Shown here: positions 48,488 to 63,034 of the stretch, piece after piece
How the letters are laid out: each line of letters begins with the position of its first letter
Numbering within the stretch: position 1 is the stretch's first letter
Assembly: GCA_951406725.2 (NCBI GenBank)
Contig: OX597831.1
Span: forward strand, 25,606,001-25,670,000
Length of the DNA stretch: 64,000 nt
DNA from: Octopus vulgaris
Lineage: Eukaryota
Direction of reading: 5' to 3'
Made by a program: the position numbers and the translations under genes
The notes under the pieces: generated by a model
The model's database searches: none
Told to the model about the DNA's origin: nothing
Seen by the model: only the letters and a program-made list of their open reading frames with translations

Positions 48488-49332
48488 CACTAGATGACCC
48501 TTCTAAGTGCTGCACAGGAAGATCAAATCCAGAACCACGTGGTTAATAAATGAACTTCTTAACCATATGCATTTAACAGTCCTCACTTATGGTACCTATC
48601 TGCAGCTAAATGAACCTGACACATTTGGAATTTAGACTCTTTACCAAGGACAGAATGTGATTCTGGCAGTAAGAGATGAACCATCATCAGTTTGGCTAGG
48701 ACTATAAATCACCGCAAATTGCTGTAAACTCACATTATGAAAGAATCCTCAAAGGAAAAAAAAAGTAATAAATATAAGAAACAAATTGAAAAGCAAAATG
48801 TTAAGTGTTAGAAATAAATGTCAGTTTATAAGATGGCAATTGAAATTTCTGAACATGTAGTAATAAAAAATAAAATACAGACCCCCCCACCCACTCTTCT
48901 GCCCAACATTTAGAAGTTTATTTCAGTTTAATTGGCAATGCACTCTACCCACTGGGGTTTCATTTCGTTCATCTGTCAAACATCCTTTCCATAAACACAC
49001 ATAAAAGGGGCGGATGAAGCAGGGAACTGATGATGCAGTAATTTTGTCTTGAATCAATAAAAAATAAAAGCTTAAATTCCATACCTCAGGGTGCTACAAA
49101 TCAGGGAATCTATAAATCTATACAAAAACAAATTTGCATCAGTAGAAATAAGAACAACATTGAATCAACATTCTAGTTGAGGCCATATTGTATCAGTTAT
49201 TATAGACATATTTCAATGTTGTTGTTGTTGTTGTTGTTTAATCTAGGTCACTCTTGATTGAGCAATTCTGTGATCAAAGAAGTCCAGTCTCAAATATTCT
49301 GGGGTTTTTTTTTGTACAACAGGGATCTACAC

Positions 49333-49914
49333 TTACTCTTTACTCTTTTACTCTTTTACTTGTTTCAGTCATTTGACTGTGGCCATGCTGGAGCACCACC
49401 TTTAGTCGAGCAAATCGACCCCAGGACTTATTCTTTGTAAGCCTAGTACTTATTCTTTCAGTCTCTTTTGCCGAACTGCTAAGTTACGGGGACGTGAACA
49501 CACCAGCATCAGTTGTCAAGCGATGTTGAGGGGACAAACACAGACACACAAACATATACAGACACGTTTCTCTCCTTGTTTTCTGTGTCCCTTTCTGTAG
49601 AAGAGTGTAGGCTCAAAACGTAAAAGACTTTTTCTATTCCTGAGCATTATACTAATATATCTGTTTGTTTTGTACACCACCTGTCTTCATCTTTTGTTTT
49701 TTCATAAACTCTCCCTACACACACACATGCACATATATATATACACATATATATATACAATGGGCTTCTTTCAGTTTCCATCTACCAAATCCACTCACAA
49801 GGCTTTGGTCAGTCCAAGGCTATAGTAGAAGACACTTGCCTAAGGTGCCATGCAGTGGGACTGAACCCAGAACCATGTGGCTGGTAAGCAAGCTACTTAC
49901 CACACAGCCACTCC
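49333..49914 (-). mobile_element. Family A SINE with PLE 3'-end insert
   Basis: Full A copy with ~150 bp of extra sequence in the internal microsatellite. Confidence 0.9.
49565..49716 (+). mobile_element. Solo PLE 3' end containing the hammerhead motif
   Basis: Aligns to 37670-37844: CTTTCTGTAGAAGAGTGTAGGCTCAAAACGTAAAAGACTT...TTCCTGAGC..ATACTAATA...CCACCTG.CTTC.TCTTTTGTTT..TTCATAAA. Confidence 0.85.
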
Positions 49915-50856
49915 TTATTCAATAGTTCCTTCAATTCTTTTTTAAATAGTAGGATGTGGCTATAGGTTTACAGAATCGTGGTTGTCCTAGAACTAATCAA
50001 AAACAACAACAAACAAAGATAAATATTGTTGAATCACTGTCAGACATCCTGAAGTGTCAGTTAGCTATGGGTTGCTATAAGGAGTGAAAATGCCTAACCA
50101 TTCACTCTCAAGTCCTTCATTGATATGGTCAACTAATGGCATTCAGACTTACTGCTTCTTACAAACTCTCCTTCATTTTACTACCACTGTTACTGGCCCA
50201 GACACTGATGTCTTGGTTTGTTTTTAACTCCTCAGTTAGAAAAATGTAGCAGAATAATAAAGCACCAGTAAAATAATTCACAGTGTTTGTCTTGGTTCAA
50301 TGCATTCAGAGATCAAATCCCATCATGATTAACTTTGCCTTTTATCTCTCAATGGTTTATAAAATAGAGTACCAGCCCAGAACTGGGTTAAATGTAACTG
50401 GTTTGCTTTCCCTCCCCCACCCCCACCGCTCTCAAAATTGCTGGCCTTGTGTCAAAATTAGAAAGAATTATTTAGCATCAAAGAAGAGAAACAGTACCCT
50501 CTTTGCTGGACTGGTCCACCTAAGCTGGTAGGGTTGTTAAATTACATCAGCTTCAATATATTTTGGTTACATCAACTTCAATATGTTTTAGAGACTGTAG
50601 CAAGAAAGGGAATTAGAGATGTAGGGGCAAAAGCAGTTTTGGAAGGGAAATATTGAATGAAGTGTTTATATTTATTTATGCCAGAATTTGTAAGCAAGGT
50701 GCTGTTGGGAAAGTTTCAGATTATGCGTATAACCAAAACCGTTTTTTATTTGGACAAATTTTTGGCATCTGTTTGTGCAAATACTGATTACAAACACAAA
50801 AATATTTTTTGAAAAAGAAATTTAAACCAAATTTTTGAAGCAGTTTTTTTAGCCTA

Positions 50857-51018
50857 GGCATAGGAGTGGCTGTGTGGTAAGTAGCTTGCTTACTAACCAC
50901 ATGGTTCTGGGTTCAGTCCCACTGTGTGGTACCTTGGGCAAGTGTCTTCTACTATAGCCTCGGGCCAATCAAATCTTTGTGAGGAGATTTGGTAGATGGA
51001 AACTGAAAGAAACCCGTC

Positions 51019-51057
<39 letters not shown>

Positions 51058-51298
51058 TATATGTGTGTGTATGTGTGTGTATATGTTTGTGTGTCTGTGT
51101 TTGTCCTCCCAACATCGCTTAACAACTGATGTTGGTGTGTTTACGTCCCCGTAACTTAGCAGTTTGGCAAAAGAGACCGATAGAATAAGTACTAGGCTTA
51201 CAAAGAATAAGTCCTGGGGTCGATTTGCTCGGCTAAAGGCAGTGCTCCAGCATGGCCACAGTCAAATGACTGAAACAAGTAAAAGAGTAAAAGAGTAA
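50857..51298 (+). mobile_element. Family A SINE followed by (AG)n
   Basis: Full length. Confidence 0.9.
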
Positions 51299-51345
<47 letters not shown>

Positions 51346-52884
51346 ATGTTTTAACTGAGAAAATACCAAAGAAGTACAAAGCATACACAATACAAAAACT
51401 ACAAGTTACTATGGATTGCTATTATTTGTATGGTTCAAAAATTTTATAGTTACTGACAGCTTCATCAGATGTCACACTGTACATTATTTTCTTTGTAATA
51501 CCTCATGTAATACCACTATGTAATACCACATGTAATACCACATCTGCATATGACCACTTCACAACACCAATTGATCCTGGTTTATATTTGATCTGTGTAT
51601 TTATTCATGCTCAGGTAGTGTTTGCATTATTGGTATATACATTAGAAACAGGAATTAAGATTCACTCAATGATGGCAATGATTTATGTTTATAGCCAAAG
51701 TTGAACAGATTATTATATCTTTGCCAATCACTGATATAAAAAAAAAGCTTGATTCAACTGCAACATTATTCATAATGCAGCTACCAAGGTCACAGCAGAG
51801 TGATTGGTTCGCTTAAGTGTTAAAGTCATCTTTTTCTGATTTTTGGCAATGTTATCAGAAAATGCAATGAATTAAGATTGTGGAACAATGCTGCTATCGG
51901 GACTCCTGGATTTGAACCACTTATGTCAGTTTGGATCAATATATTACATCCTACCTTATAAGGCTTTTGTGTGGCAAATATCACAAAAGTAGAGATACCT
52001 CTGAATTGCTGCTTCACCACCAACACCATTTAATGAAATAGAACAGGTCTCTGGGACCTCACATGCAAAATTTAATGGTAGTTGAAATGCTGCAGACATT
52101 ATCTATTGAGATTTTTCTTTTCTCTTTAAGAAGTGTTTTGCTTCACAGAGACACTGTCTTTTTACATTTTGTAGTATTATCTTTAAATAACAGCTTCAAA
52201 ATATCTTTGAGATAATAGCATGTTATGACTACATTCACACAGAACTTTTTTACTGGCATTTGTGCAGTTTGCTTGTAAAAATTGCACAACAGAATTAGGT
52301 GCTAAATTGTCCAACACATTTCCATTCGTGGAGTAACCATTTAGAATTGTCATAAAACAATTTGCAAAAGTAACGTTTGAAAAAAATATTTTGCCAAAAC
52401 GAAAAAACAGAAATTTGAAGATGATTTGAATTAAGAAAAAAATGTATAATAAGATAGAAGCAGATGCACAGTTTAAAGCTGTAGCAGATTATTGGCTACT
52501 GGTTTCCAACAAATCTGTCAGTATTCTTAATGGGGAAAATCAAAAATGAGCGTCCAGGCTACGTCTTCAGTCTGAGGATAATTTCGTCCATTCTTCCAAC
52601 CAGATTTCTCAGAGTCCCTGAAAAACACAAGGACATAGGAATTACCCTTACATTCCTTGCGTCTCTGACTAATCAGTACAAAAACTTATCACACTTGCCA
52701 TTGTAAAAAAAATAATGATAATAATAATAAAAGCAGAAGGATACATTGAGTAATATGATTTTAAATATATTATGACTATATAAGCACTGCTAGAACATCA
52801 TTGTTTATAAATTTTCTTGATCAGGGCTGACCTTGAGCTAGACAAAAGATATAGTTCTTTATCCAAATGTTTTTTCCACATTAT

Positions 52885-53116
52885 TCCATAAGGAGCATAG
52901 GGCTAGTTTCCCAGTTTCTCTAGAATATATATTCCTCCCAGGACAGGACACCAGTCTGTCACAGAATTACTGGTTTTTTACCGGCTGAGTGGACTGTGGT
53001 GACAAGAAATGGAGTGTTTTACTCAAGAACACAATGTATCACCTGGTTCAGGAATCGAAACTACAACCTTACAATCATGAGTCCAGCACCCCTAACCACT
53101 AAGCCATACACCTCCA
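52885..53116 (-). mobile_element. Family D SINE (middle 2 + tail 1)
   Basis: Tail as in 18580-18655. Middle GCTGAGTGGACTG as in 9680-9700. Head CTAACCACTAAGCCAT. Confidence 0.7.
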
Positions 53117-53883
53117 GACCTCCGGTAGTCATATCTTATAATTCTATTCACATCTCAGATGTCTCATAGCAATATAAATTACCTCCAGTGTGTTTGACTG
53201 GTACTTTATTATATTGACCCTGAAAGAATAAAAAGTAGTTGGATTTAAATGCAGGACATAAAGGACCATAAAATATGACTAGAAATTTTGTCTGACACCA
53301 TAAAAATTTCTGCCATCTCTGCTATCACATTATGACATGTCTGTTTTCACCAGAACTTTCATCACAGTCCTCGAGCATTGAGATGTTATTTAACATCTCA
53401 ATAAATCATACATTTTTCTCACTCATATATTATTGGATTAAAGGAAAATCAATTGAAAGCATTGGATATTTCTCAAAATATTATCTAAGATTATTGCATT
53501 GATAATGAACAAGTGGACTTCATAGAAGTGACTGCTGCAATCTTTATGTCCCAGCCTTCGGATTTTATAACATGTTATTGGAAAATTTACTCTTCATGTA
53601 GCTTGTTAGAGAGAGAGGGAGACAGTAAGAGAGAAAGGGGGAGATAGGAAGAGAGAGAGAGGGAGATAGTAAGAGAGAGAGAGAGGGAGAGATAGGAAGA
53701 GAGAGAGGGAGAGATAGATAATATGGGAGAGATAACTGTGTAAATCAATTAGAACTGCATTACAGTCACTACTTCAAGATTCAGATCATCAGAATTTTCG
53801 AACTCTCAGATTTCTCTATGCTGAAATTAAATTGTCTCATATTTTGGGTTCTTCACCATTTTCAAAGACATTTAGTTGGAATA

Positions 53884-54212
53884 GTGAAGGCACATGGCTC
53901 AATGGTTAAAGCATTTGAAATAGTGAGTTCAATTCCCAGACCGGGCTGTCTGTTGTGTTCTTGAGCAAGACATTCTATTTCACATTGCTCTAGTTCACTC
54001 AGCTGTAGAAATGAGTTGCAACATCACCAGTGCCAAGCTGTATCAGCCTTTGCCTTTCCCTTGGATAACATCAGTGGCATGGAGAGGGGAGGCTGGTATG
54101 CTTGGCCAACTGCTGGTCTTCCATAAAGAAACTTACCTGGACTTGTGCCTTGGAGGGGAACTTTCTAGGTGCAGTCCCATAGTCATTCATGACCGATGAG
54201 GGCCTTCACCCT
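53884..54212 (+). mobile_element. Family D SINE (middle 2 + tail 3)
   Basis: GTGAAGGCACATGGCTCAATGGTTAAAG...GTTCACTCAGCTGTAGAAATGAG, then a tail not seen in the other copies. Confidence 0.7.
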
Positions 54213-54514
54213 CTTGGTTGGAATATACCATTGTATGGTAAACTTGATCCATTGCTTTGCATTTTTCTAAATACTTTAAGCAGAGAAAGAAGACCTGACC
54301 TATAACACTTTTCAGGTTCTCTGACACTGGAAAAAGGATGGAGGATGTTATTCTCAAATCAAGAGCCTGATCCGGACGCTTGCAACAAAGGATACTCAGC
54401 TGAAGGTACCTAGGAATAGAGGGTGGTGTTAAATTGAGTAACAGATTTTATCTACCATAGAAAATAAAATAAAACTATATATACGCTGAGGAATTTCCTT
54501 GTTCTTAGTATTCT

Positions 54515-54869
54515 TTTGTTCTTTTCTTTGTTTCATTCAGTTCACTGCGACCATGCTGGAGCACTGCCTTTTAGTTGAAAAAATCAACCACAGAACTTAT
54601 TCTTTGTAAGCCGAACCGCTAATGTTACGGGGATGTAAACACACCAGCATCAGTTGTCAAGTGATGGTGGGGAACAAACACAGACACACAAAGCATTCAC
54701 ACACACACACACATACAATAGGCTTTTTTTAGCTTCTGTCTACCAAATCCACTCACAAGGCTTTGATCAGCCCGAGGCTATAGTCGAAGACACTTGCCCA
54801 AGTGGCCACACAATGGGACCGAACCCGGAACCATGTGGTTGGTAAGCAAGCTTCTTACCACGCAGCCAC
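54515..54869 (-). mobile_element. Family A SINE with internal deletion
   Basis: Lacks ~30 bp between TTTGTAAGCC and GAACCGCTAA. Confidence 0.85.
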
Positions 54870-55128
54870 TTTTCTTCAGATAATTCACTGACGCTAGCAA
54901 ATTGCCATATATTTTAGTTTAACATTTTGCCTCTTTTTTTTTAAATATATGTCAAGTGAACTTTGAGAAATAAATAGGATATCATTTTCTTTAAAGGTGA
55001 TTGAATTCTTACCCCTTTCTCTAATGAAATGCATATATATATATATTTACATATAAATAAGAAAATAAAGAAAAATGTAAAATTAACAAAAACAATAAAA
55101 AATGAACAAAAAATTCCTACGATATGTA

Positions 55129-55168
<40 letters not shown>

Positions 55169-55913
55169 AATTTATACAAGTGTCTGTGGGAATGTATTTG
55201 GTCTTTCCAATGAATCAATATTTTCTCAAGCTTGTATTGATTATTATTTTTCCGTCTTGTGTCTTATTCTTCTCTTTGTAACACCACACTTCTCTCTTCT
55301 GCACTCTTATACGCTATCATGGCATGCTTTGCTAAAGCAATGCCTTGCCGATAAGTCTGTACACAACTGAAATATACAAGGCAACAATATTTTCTAATTA
55401 AAGCACGATATGGTCATGTGGCTTCTTAGCCACACTTGGGTAGAACATTTGCAGAAGATATATATATTAAAATTATTTCTGTCAAAATGCATGAATTATC
55501 TTTCCACCAGATCTTAATACACATTTTGTTTTGTTTTGTTTTTTTTTTGAAGATTCTTCTGCATACTTGGGGAAATATATTTGACATTTAATATTATCAC
55601 AGTATAATCTTTGCAGAAGTGTAGAATTCACTTCCAAGGTTACTACATCTATGACAACAATGTTTATGATACCTTACAGCAACTTACAGTGAATAAATTT
55701 TATTTATGGAAACATATTTAATATTTCCACGCAGAAGTTTTAGGAAACAATTTAGCAAATTCAGTCAGAATTTCTCTTCAAAGTTGTAAAACAATTCTGA
55801 GAATTACTAAGCACTAGTTTATTGGATCAAATGTCTTCCTTTTGCTAGTTATAGTTTCGATATTTTGAACATTGTACTCTCTATCCTTCTTCAAATGTCT
55901 ATAGTATTCCATA

Positions 55914-56311
55914 GGCGCAAGAGTGGCTGTGTGGTAAGTAGCTTCCTTACCAACCACATGTTTCTGGGTTCAGTCCCACTGCATGGCACCTTGGACAAGT
56001 GTCTTCTATTATAGCCTCAGGCCGACCAAAGCCTTGTGAGTGGATTTTGTAGACAGAAACTGAAAGAAGCCCATCATATATATGTATATATGTATATGTA
56101 TGTATGTGTGTTTGTGTGTCTGTGTTTGTCCCCCTAGCATTACTTGATAACCGATACTGATGCGTTTATGTCCCCGTAACTTAGCGGTTCGGCAAAAGAG
56201 ACCGATAAAATAAGTACTAGGCTTACAAAGAAGAAGTCCTGGAGTTGATTTACTCGACTAAAGGTGATGCTCTAGCATGGCCACAGTCAAATGACTGAAA
56301 CAAGTAAAAGA
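55914..56311 (+). mobile_element. Family A SINE
   Basis: Full length. Confidence 0.9.
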
Positions 56312-57024
56312 GGGTTTAGAGGGTGTACAGCTGAAACATTGTAACCATAATAACCAAGATGAGGACACAAATTTAAAAAAATCATAATAATGATAACACC
56401 TAATCTGGCAATTTCTACACATAAATTTGATGACTGAAAATATTGATAGCTGAGTGGAGAACTTTCGAGAAAACTTGGTGAAAGAATAGCATTTTATATA
56501 TTACAGCATTGTATCTTTGGCCAGAACATTTATCTCTCAAACTTCCCTGATCACCCAGCTGTAAATAGATACCTTAATCAGAACAGGAGCAATTCATTAC
56601 ACCAAGAAAGGTTAACATTGACAAATGAGATTATTGGTTTAGAATTGGATTCATGTCTAATGGGCTTGCAAAATCCAATCCCCTTATTGTGTTGTTCATC
56701 CTCCTTACCATTGAATCTTTATCCTAGTTATAATTACGAGTTAGATGTGATGGCAGAAGTATACAGCAGTACAATATGGACTGTTCTATGTGAAACACAG
56801 TATGCACAAACATTCCTAAAACTCTTTCTTAGTCACGGGGCAGAAGGAATTATAAAGAAACAGGGTCAACTATAGACAGATCCAGTATGGTGATTAAATT
56901 TCATAAATGAAAACATCAAGCTCAAATCCAATTTAAGATCATGTCTACATCCAAAAGTAAAACAGTTGCTAATGATAAAAATTCAAATTGATTGAAACTT
57001 AGTGCAGGTGTAAATGTTGTAGAT

Positions 57025-57183
57025 GCACACTCTATAAAATGGTTGGCATTAGGAAGGGCATCCAGCTGTACAAACCATGCCATAGTAGACAGCAAAGCTT
57101 GATCCAGTCTTCTGATTTACCAGTTCCTGTCGAACCATCCAACCGGAAAACTGATGTTGAATATGATGATGATGATGATGATG
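57025..57183 (+). mobile_element. Family C fragment
   Basis: GGTTGGCATTAGGAAGGGCATCCAGCTGTA...(GAT)n. Confidence 0.75.
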
Positions 57184-57634
57184 TACCTTAAGGATGAGGT
57201 TAATAGTTCTAGCTAATTATAATTCTATAAAAATACAGGTTTAAAACATTTCTGTCTTTACAGAGATGCTTTTAAACTGTCTATATGGCTTAAAGATAGA
57301 CAGACAGACAGAATGGATTTTATATAAGAGATTAGTAACTATATATGGTTGATCCTTAAGACTTTCCAACAAGGGGACATTTATAGGGTTACTGAGCCTA
57401 TTAAAAATAGAAGCCAAATCTCCTTTGACACACTTTGCCATTATAGAAAAGGGAAATTCTCATTGAATAATGTAATCCTAAATAGCTGTAAAAAGGAGGG
57501 ATGTACAAAGAAGGTAACATCTTTGTTCATAGGGTTGCTTAATTGGGATTGACCAGGGGTTAAACAAGAATGGCAGTTTCTGGATACCTATTTAAAGTAA
57601 TTCTGCCAGCTTCAAACAAGTATCACTCATATTG

Positions 57635-58120
57635 GTTTAACATTTTGGCACAAGGCCAGTAATTTCAAAGGAGAATATAAGTTGGCTACATCGACTCCAG
57701 TTTTCAACTGGTACTTATTTTATCTACTCTGAAAGGATGAAAGGCAAAATTGACCTCAGTGGAACTTGAACTCAGAATGTAAAGACAAGAAATGCTGCTA
57801 AGCATTTTCTCCAGTGTCTTAACAATTCTGTCAGTCATTGCCTCAGCTGCCACTCATATTTCAGGATAGAATAGCTTACGTTTGACAAGGAGGCGAGCTG
57901 GCAGAAACGTTAGCACCACCGGGCGAAATGTTTAGCGGTATATCGTCTGCCACAACGTTCTGAGTTCAAATTCCGCTGAGGTTGACTTTGCCTTTCATCT
58001 TTTCGGGGTCGATTAAATAAGTACCAGTTACTCACTGGGGTCAATATAATCAACTTAATCCGTTTGTCTGTCCTTGTTTGTCCCCTGTGTGTGTAACTCC
58101 TTGTGGGAAGTAAAGAAGTA
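57635..58120. mobile_element. Head-to-head family B SINEs (57635-57850 -, 57889-58120 +)
   Basis: Both carry the B-box and the TTTCATC..GGGGTCGA core, in opposite orientation. Confidence 0.8.
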
Positions 58121-58567
58121 AGGTGTGTATATATAATAAATTTCAGAAAATTAGGTAAAGATCAAAATTTGTTATGCTTTCAAAGGCTAAAAGAACTAAT
58201 TACTTAGAGAAATCAGAATCTGTTGAAAGGGTTGCCATAACCTCCCTTCAGGGTTAGTCAACATATTCACTAGCTCAGGTGTCAAGGAACTAGAGTAAAT
58301 TACCCCAAGTGGGGTAAAAATGAGGATTCATTGGACATAAGTAAATTTATATAAACAACATGTTTCTTGTTACAACAGAAATTTTTCTTATGGCAACACT
58401 GCATCAGTCCAATGTAATGGATGTGTAAATAGATTCACATAAATAGATTCAATAAACCTTTTTAATTCAAAGAATCTATGATTTTTTTCTCTCTCGAATC
58501 AAGTGGGGTAATATCAGTGTAAATAAATATATTTTAGGGTAATTAGTTAAAGAAGTTCTCCTATATA

Positions 58568-58717
58568 GGTGTAGGATTGGCTGTGTGGTAAGTAGCTTGC
58601 ATACGAACCACATGGTTCCGGGTTCAGTCCCACTGTGTGGCACCTTAGGCACAGGCCGATCAAAGCCTTGTGAGTAGATTTGGTAGACGGAAACTGAAAG
58701 AAGCCCGTCATATATAT

Positions 58718-58749
<32 letters not shown>

Positions 58750-58966
58750 GGATGTTTATGTTTGTGTGTCTGTGTTTGTCCCCCCAACATCGCTTGACAA
58801 CCGATGCTGGTGTGTTTACGTCCCCATAACTTAACGGTTCAACAAAAGAGACTGATAGAATAAGTACTAGGCTTACAAAGAATAAGTCCTGGAGTCAATT
58901 TGCTCGACTAAAGGCGGTGCTCCAGCATGGCCACAGTCAAATAACCGAAACAAGTGAAAGAGAGTA
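58568..58966 (+). mobile_element. Family A SINE
   Basis: Near full length, small deletion after CACCTTAGGCA. Confidence 0.88.
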
Positions 58967-59184
58967 ACCCTTGCACTAGCTTCTGACACTTCTTGACAAA
59001 GAATGCTATTGTTGTTTAACCCTAGGTGAAGCCTGATCAAAGGGATTTCAACCATGACAATTCTGCCTATTTATCCAATGCATCCTTGGTATTTTTTTTT
59101 ATAAGACAATGTGTGAGGTTTGTGTTAAATTTAGCTGTTATCTCTAGCAGGTGGAGCAACCATGTCAAGGCTCTTTCCTTTCCT

Positions 59185-59740
59185 CAAGATGGAAATAAGA
59201 AAGGAACTAAATGAGTAAGGGAAGAGAGGAGGATGGTGGTGTTGATGAAGGAGTGAAGGAGCAAGAGAGAAAACGAGTGATGATAAAGACAATAACTATG
59301 GGAGTAGATGAGATGAAGGTAGGGTGGGGGTTGGTAATAAAGACAGTAGGGGTGAGAGGGAGAGGAAAAAGATGAAAAACGACAATGTGTAAGGGGGTGG
59401 GATAAAAATGGTAAAGACAGTGAGTGAAAGGGAGAGTAGATGGTGTGGTAGAGGGAACTGATGAGAGACAATAGATGATGAAGAGAGGGAGAGGAAAATT
59501 ATTAGAGATTCTAAAAGTGTGAGAGGGAAAGAGAGCAGACGGTGGGGGAGGGGGAACAAAAGCAAAAGTTGATTAAGAGAATAAAAAACTGGAAGTGGAG
59601 AGTGATTTTTCATAGAGGCAATGAGTAGTAGTGTCAGGAGTAATGAGATGTGAACAAGAAGGGGTGAGACAGAATGTTACTGAAAATAATATGAGAGAAG
59701 GGGAGAGAGAGAGAGAGTCCAAAAGAGAGCAGAGTCAAGG
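59185..59740. repeat. GA-rich low-complexity tract
   Basis: Strong purine bias on +. Confidence 0.7.
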
Positions 59741-60313
59741 GTATCGTTAAATTTTTTTAATTATTCAAGTTGTATAACTATACATAACAACCTACACACT
59801 TATAGATTATTATCATTATTATTATCATTATAACAACTGAAGACTAAGTTGGGTTGGTTAATTAATTAAGTAATTAATTAATTAATGAGTCACTTGGAGA
59901 AAGTTGGTAAATTAAAACATTCTGGTGGACTTCTAATTAAAAACAAATTGATTATTACTTTTCAGCCGCCCCTTCTCTCTCTCCCTCTGTCTGTCTGTCT
60001 CTCTCTCTCTCTCCACCCTGTTTCTTTTATTTAAACAGACAAAGACAAAAACTTATATATCTCTGTTTAGTCTCCGCTTCTATAACCTGAGCAATGGGTT
60101 GGATGTGGAGTAGAAGAATATTGTGAAGAGAAAGAGAGAAGGGAGAGGAAGGGAGACAGAGAAAAAGAACAAGTGAGAAATATGGTGGGTGGATGAGAGT
60201 GACCACGGCTTGGGCATAAAGAGTAAGAGTAAGAGATAGAGAAAAAGAAATGGAAAATGAGAAGAGAGAGAGAGAGAGAGTCTGGTAGCAAAACAGAGAG
60301 GTCAACATCTAAT

Positions 60314-60547
60314 TTATTTCTTTACTACCCACAAGGGGCTAAACATAGAGGGGAAAAACAAGGACAGACAAAGGGATTAAGTCGATTACATTGACCCCCA
60401 GTGCGTAACTGGTACTTAATTTATCGACCCCGGATGAAAGGCAAAGTCGACCTTGGCGGCATTTGAACTCGGAACGTAACGACAGACGAAATACGGCTAC
60501 ACATTTCGCCTGGCATGATAACGTTTCTGCCAGCTCGCCGCCTTCGT
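60314..60547 (-). mobile_element. Family B SINE with perfect 17-bp TSD
   Basis: AGAGGTCAACATCTAAT at 60297-60313 and 60548-60564. Confidence 0.93.
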
Positions 60548-61085
60548 AGAGGTCAACATCTAATAGAGAGAGTGATGAGGAGGAGGATGCTGAGTGTGTC
60601 AGACAGGCCTGGCTGGAAGGATTGTAGAGTTAGCATATATGAGGAACAGAGAATTCATAGCAACAGCTGAAGTTTATTTTTGCAACAAATGGTTTTTGAG
60701 TACATCTTAGAAATTTATTTGTTTCTGTGAAATATAGCTTTTGCAAAATAAAAAATATATAAATATCATTTGAAGAAAAATCCAATATTCCCTCAACTTA
60801 GTGCAATTTTGTTTACCAATTTGTAATTATTTCCATAATTGTAGACTATACCTATGTGTATACATGTACGCAAAAGCAGCAGAAAATGATAACTGTCTGT
60901 GATATATTGGATGAAGTGAACATTTACCAATAGAATGAACATATTTGGCTGTTTTTTTCAGAATGTCAATTTAGTATGAAGTACATATATGCACACACAC
61001 ACACACAGAAATGTATGTATGTGTCTGTGTGTGTCCCTATCCAATTCCTATCGGCTTGGCAACACAGACATAAAGCAAATTAGCA

Positions 61086-61178
<93 letters not shown>

Positions 61179-61969
61179 TGTATATACATATATGTATATA
61201 TATATATATGTTATGCATACATTTATATATTATTCATATAAACACACACACATATATATATAATGATATATATAGATATAGATATATATATATACACACA
61301 CACACATATATATATATACATATATTTATCTATGTATATGTATGAATGTATGTATGTATGCATGTGCACACATGGTAATTACTCCATCTCCAGAGATGAT
61401 TGGTGTCACATGTATATATGCATGTGCAAACATACACAAACGTGTATGTGAGCATGCACATGTATGCACATGCACATACATAGTTCATTATAATGTCCCT
61501 CTGTAATTTTAACTTATAATATTTTATAACTTTATTTCTGTCTATGATAAAATTAATCTGTAAACATTGAGAAAACTGATGCATCAATTTTATTGTCACC
61601 AGTGAAGAAATATATCGAAGTTGTTTATTAATTTTAGAAATTTAAGAATTTCTCTTAATTTTATTTTATAGAGACATGTACAAAGAATGTATTTATTCAA
61701 CTAAACTTTGCTCTGTAAATGATTTGCAAGTTAGAATAAACTAATGTGATTTCAGAGTATGGAACTGAAAATCAACTGCAAAGTAGAATTTCAGAAATTG
61801 CCACAGTTCAAATTTAAGAATTTCAACAAGAAATTTATTTAATAAATTGTTTCTCTTATCCTTTTTACAGAAAAATTCTACCATGTATAAAAACAATAGT
61901 TACACAAATTTAAAATTGCAGAAGGTCTTTATTATGACTTTATATCTCTGTACATGTGTGTATGTATTG

Positions 61970-62018
<49 letters not shown>

Positions 62019-62103
62019 ATTCTTTCTTTAATCGAAAGAGCCTTCAAATTCATTTTGGAAAAAATCGTTTTCAGTTCAGTCATTTACTACTTCAACCATT
62101 TTC

Positions 62104-62328
62104 CGAGCTGGCAGAATCATTAGCATGCCAGGCAAAATGCCTAGCAGTATTTCGTCTGCCGCTACATTCTGTGTTCAAATTCTGCCGAGGTCGACTTTGC
62201 CTTTCGTCCTTTCGGATCGATTAAATAAGTACCAGTTACACACTGGGGTCGATGTAATCGACTTAACCCTTTTGTCTGTCCTTGTTTGTCTCCTCTATGT
62301 TTAGCCCCTTGTGGGCAATAAAAAAATA
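62104..62328 (+). mobile_element. Family B SINE
   Basis: CGAGCTGGCAGAATCATTAGC...TTTAGCCCCTTGTGGGCAATAAA. Confidence 0.88.
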
Positions 62329-62918
62329 AATTTTGGTATATATTTTCATAAATACATCTAAAAGATATTCCAGTGATTAACTTGAAAGGCATTTCATTAT
62401 CTGTCGCCAAATTCCACTGCCATCTTCATTCACCATCATCATCCTCATCATCATCTTTATCATCATCCTGAAGAAGACACAAACGTGATTTAAAAATCCA
62501 CAGGTAAAGAAAAAACTACAAATGAATAACAAAAGTTTTATATCTCTAAGTATGTCTGCATGCCTGCATGTGAAAATGCATGGATAAGTACAATTTTTTT
62601 GTACAATTTTTACATATATTTTTACATATTTATACAGAAATGTAAGCATGATTTTTGCCTGAATGTATGTATGTATTTAAATAAACATTGGATTTTTGTC
62701 ATGTATTTTTTTTTTCTGGTGGGCCAATCAATGATGGATGTAATAAATATAATGGTAATGATGAAGTGAGAACTGTTCTTATAAATATAACACTTTTGTT
62801 TATTGACTTGAACGTTAACATTCAGTAGGGTGACAATGTTATATTTGAAAAACTTAATGATGTGTAAAATGGTTTGATCTTAATTTAAAATATAAAACAT
62901 CTAACTGCTTTATATATG

Positions 62919-62963
<45 letters not shown>

Positions 62964-62988
62964 TTTTATGTATGTATGTATATTTATG

Positions 62989-63034
<46 letters not shown>

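Noticed and set aside
51896-51920. tRNA-like 3' arm GGTTCAAATCCAGGAGTCCCGA on -
   Set aside because: No matching acceptor 5' strand, D arm or anticodon arm.
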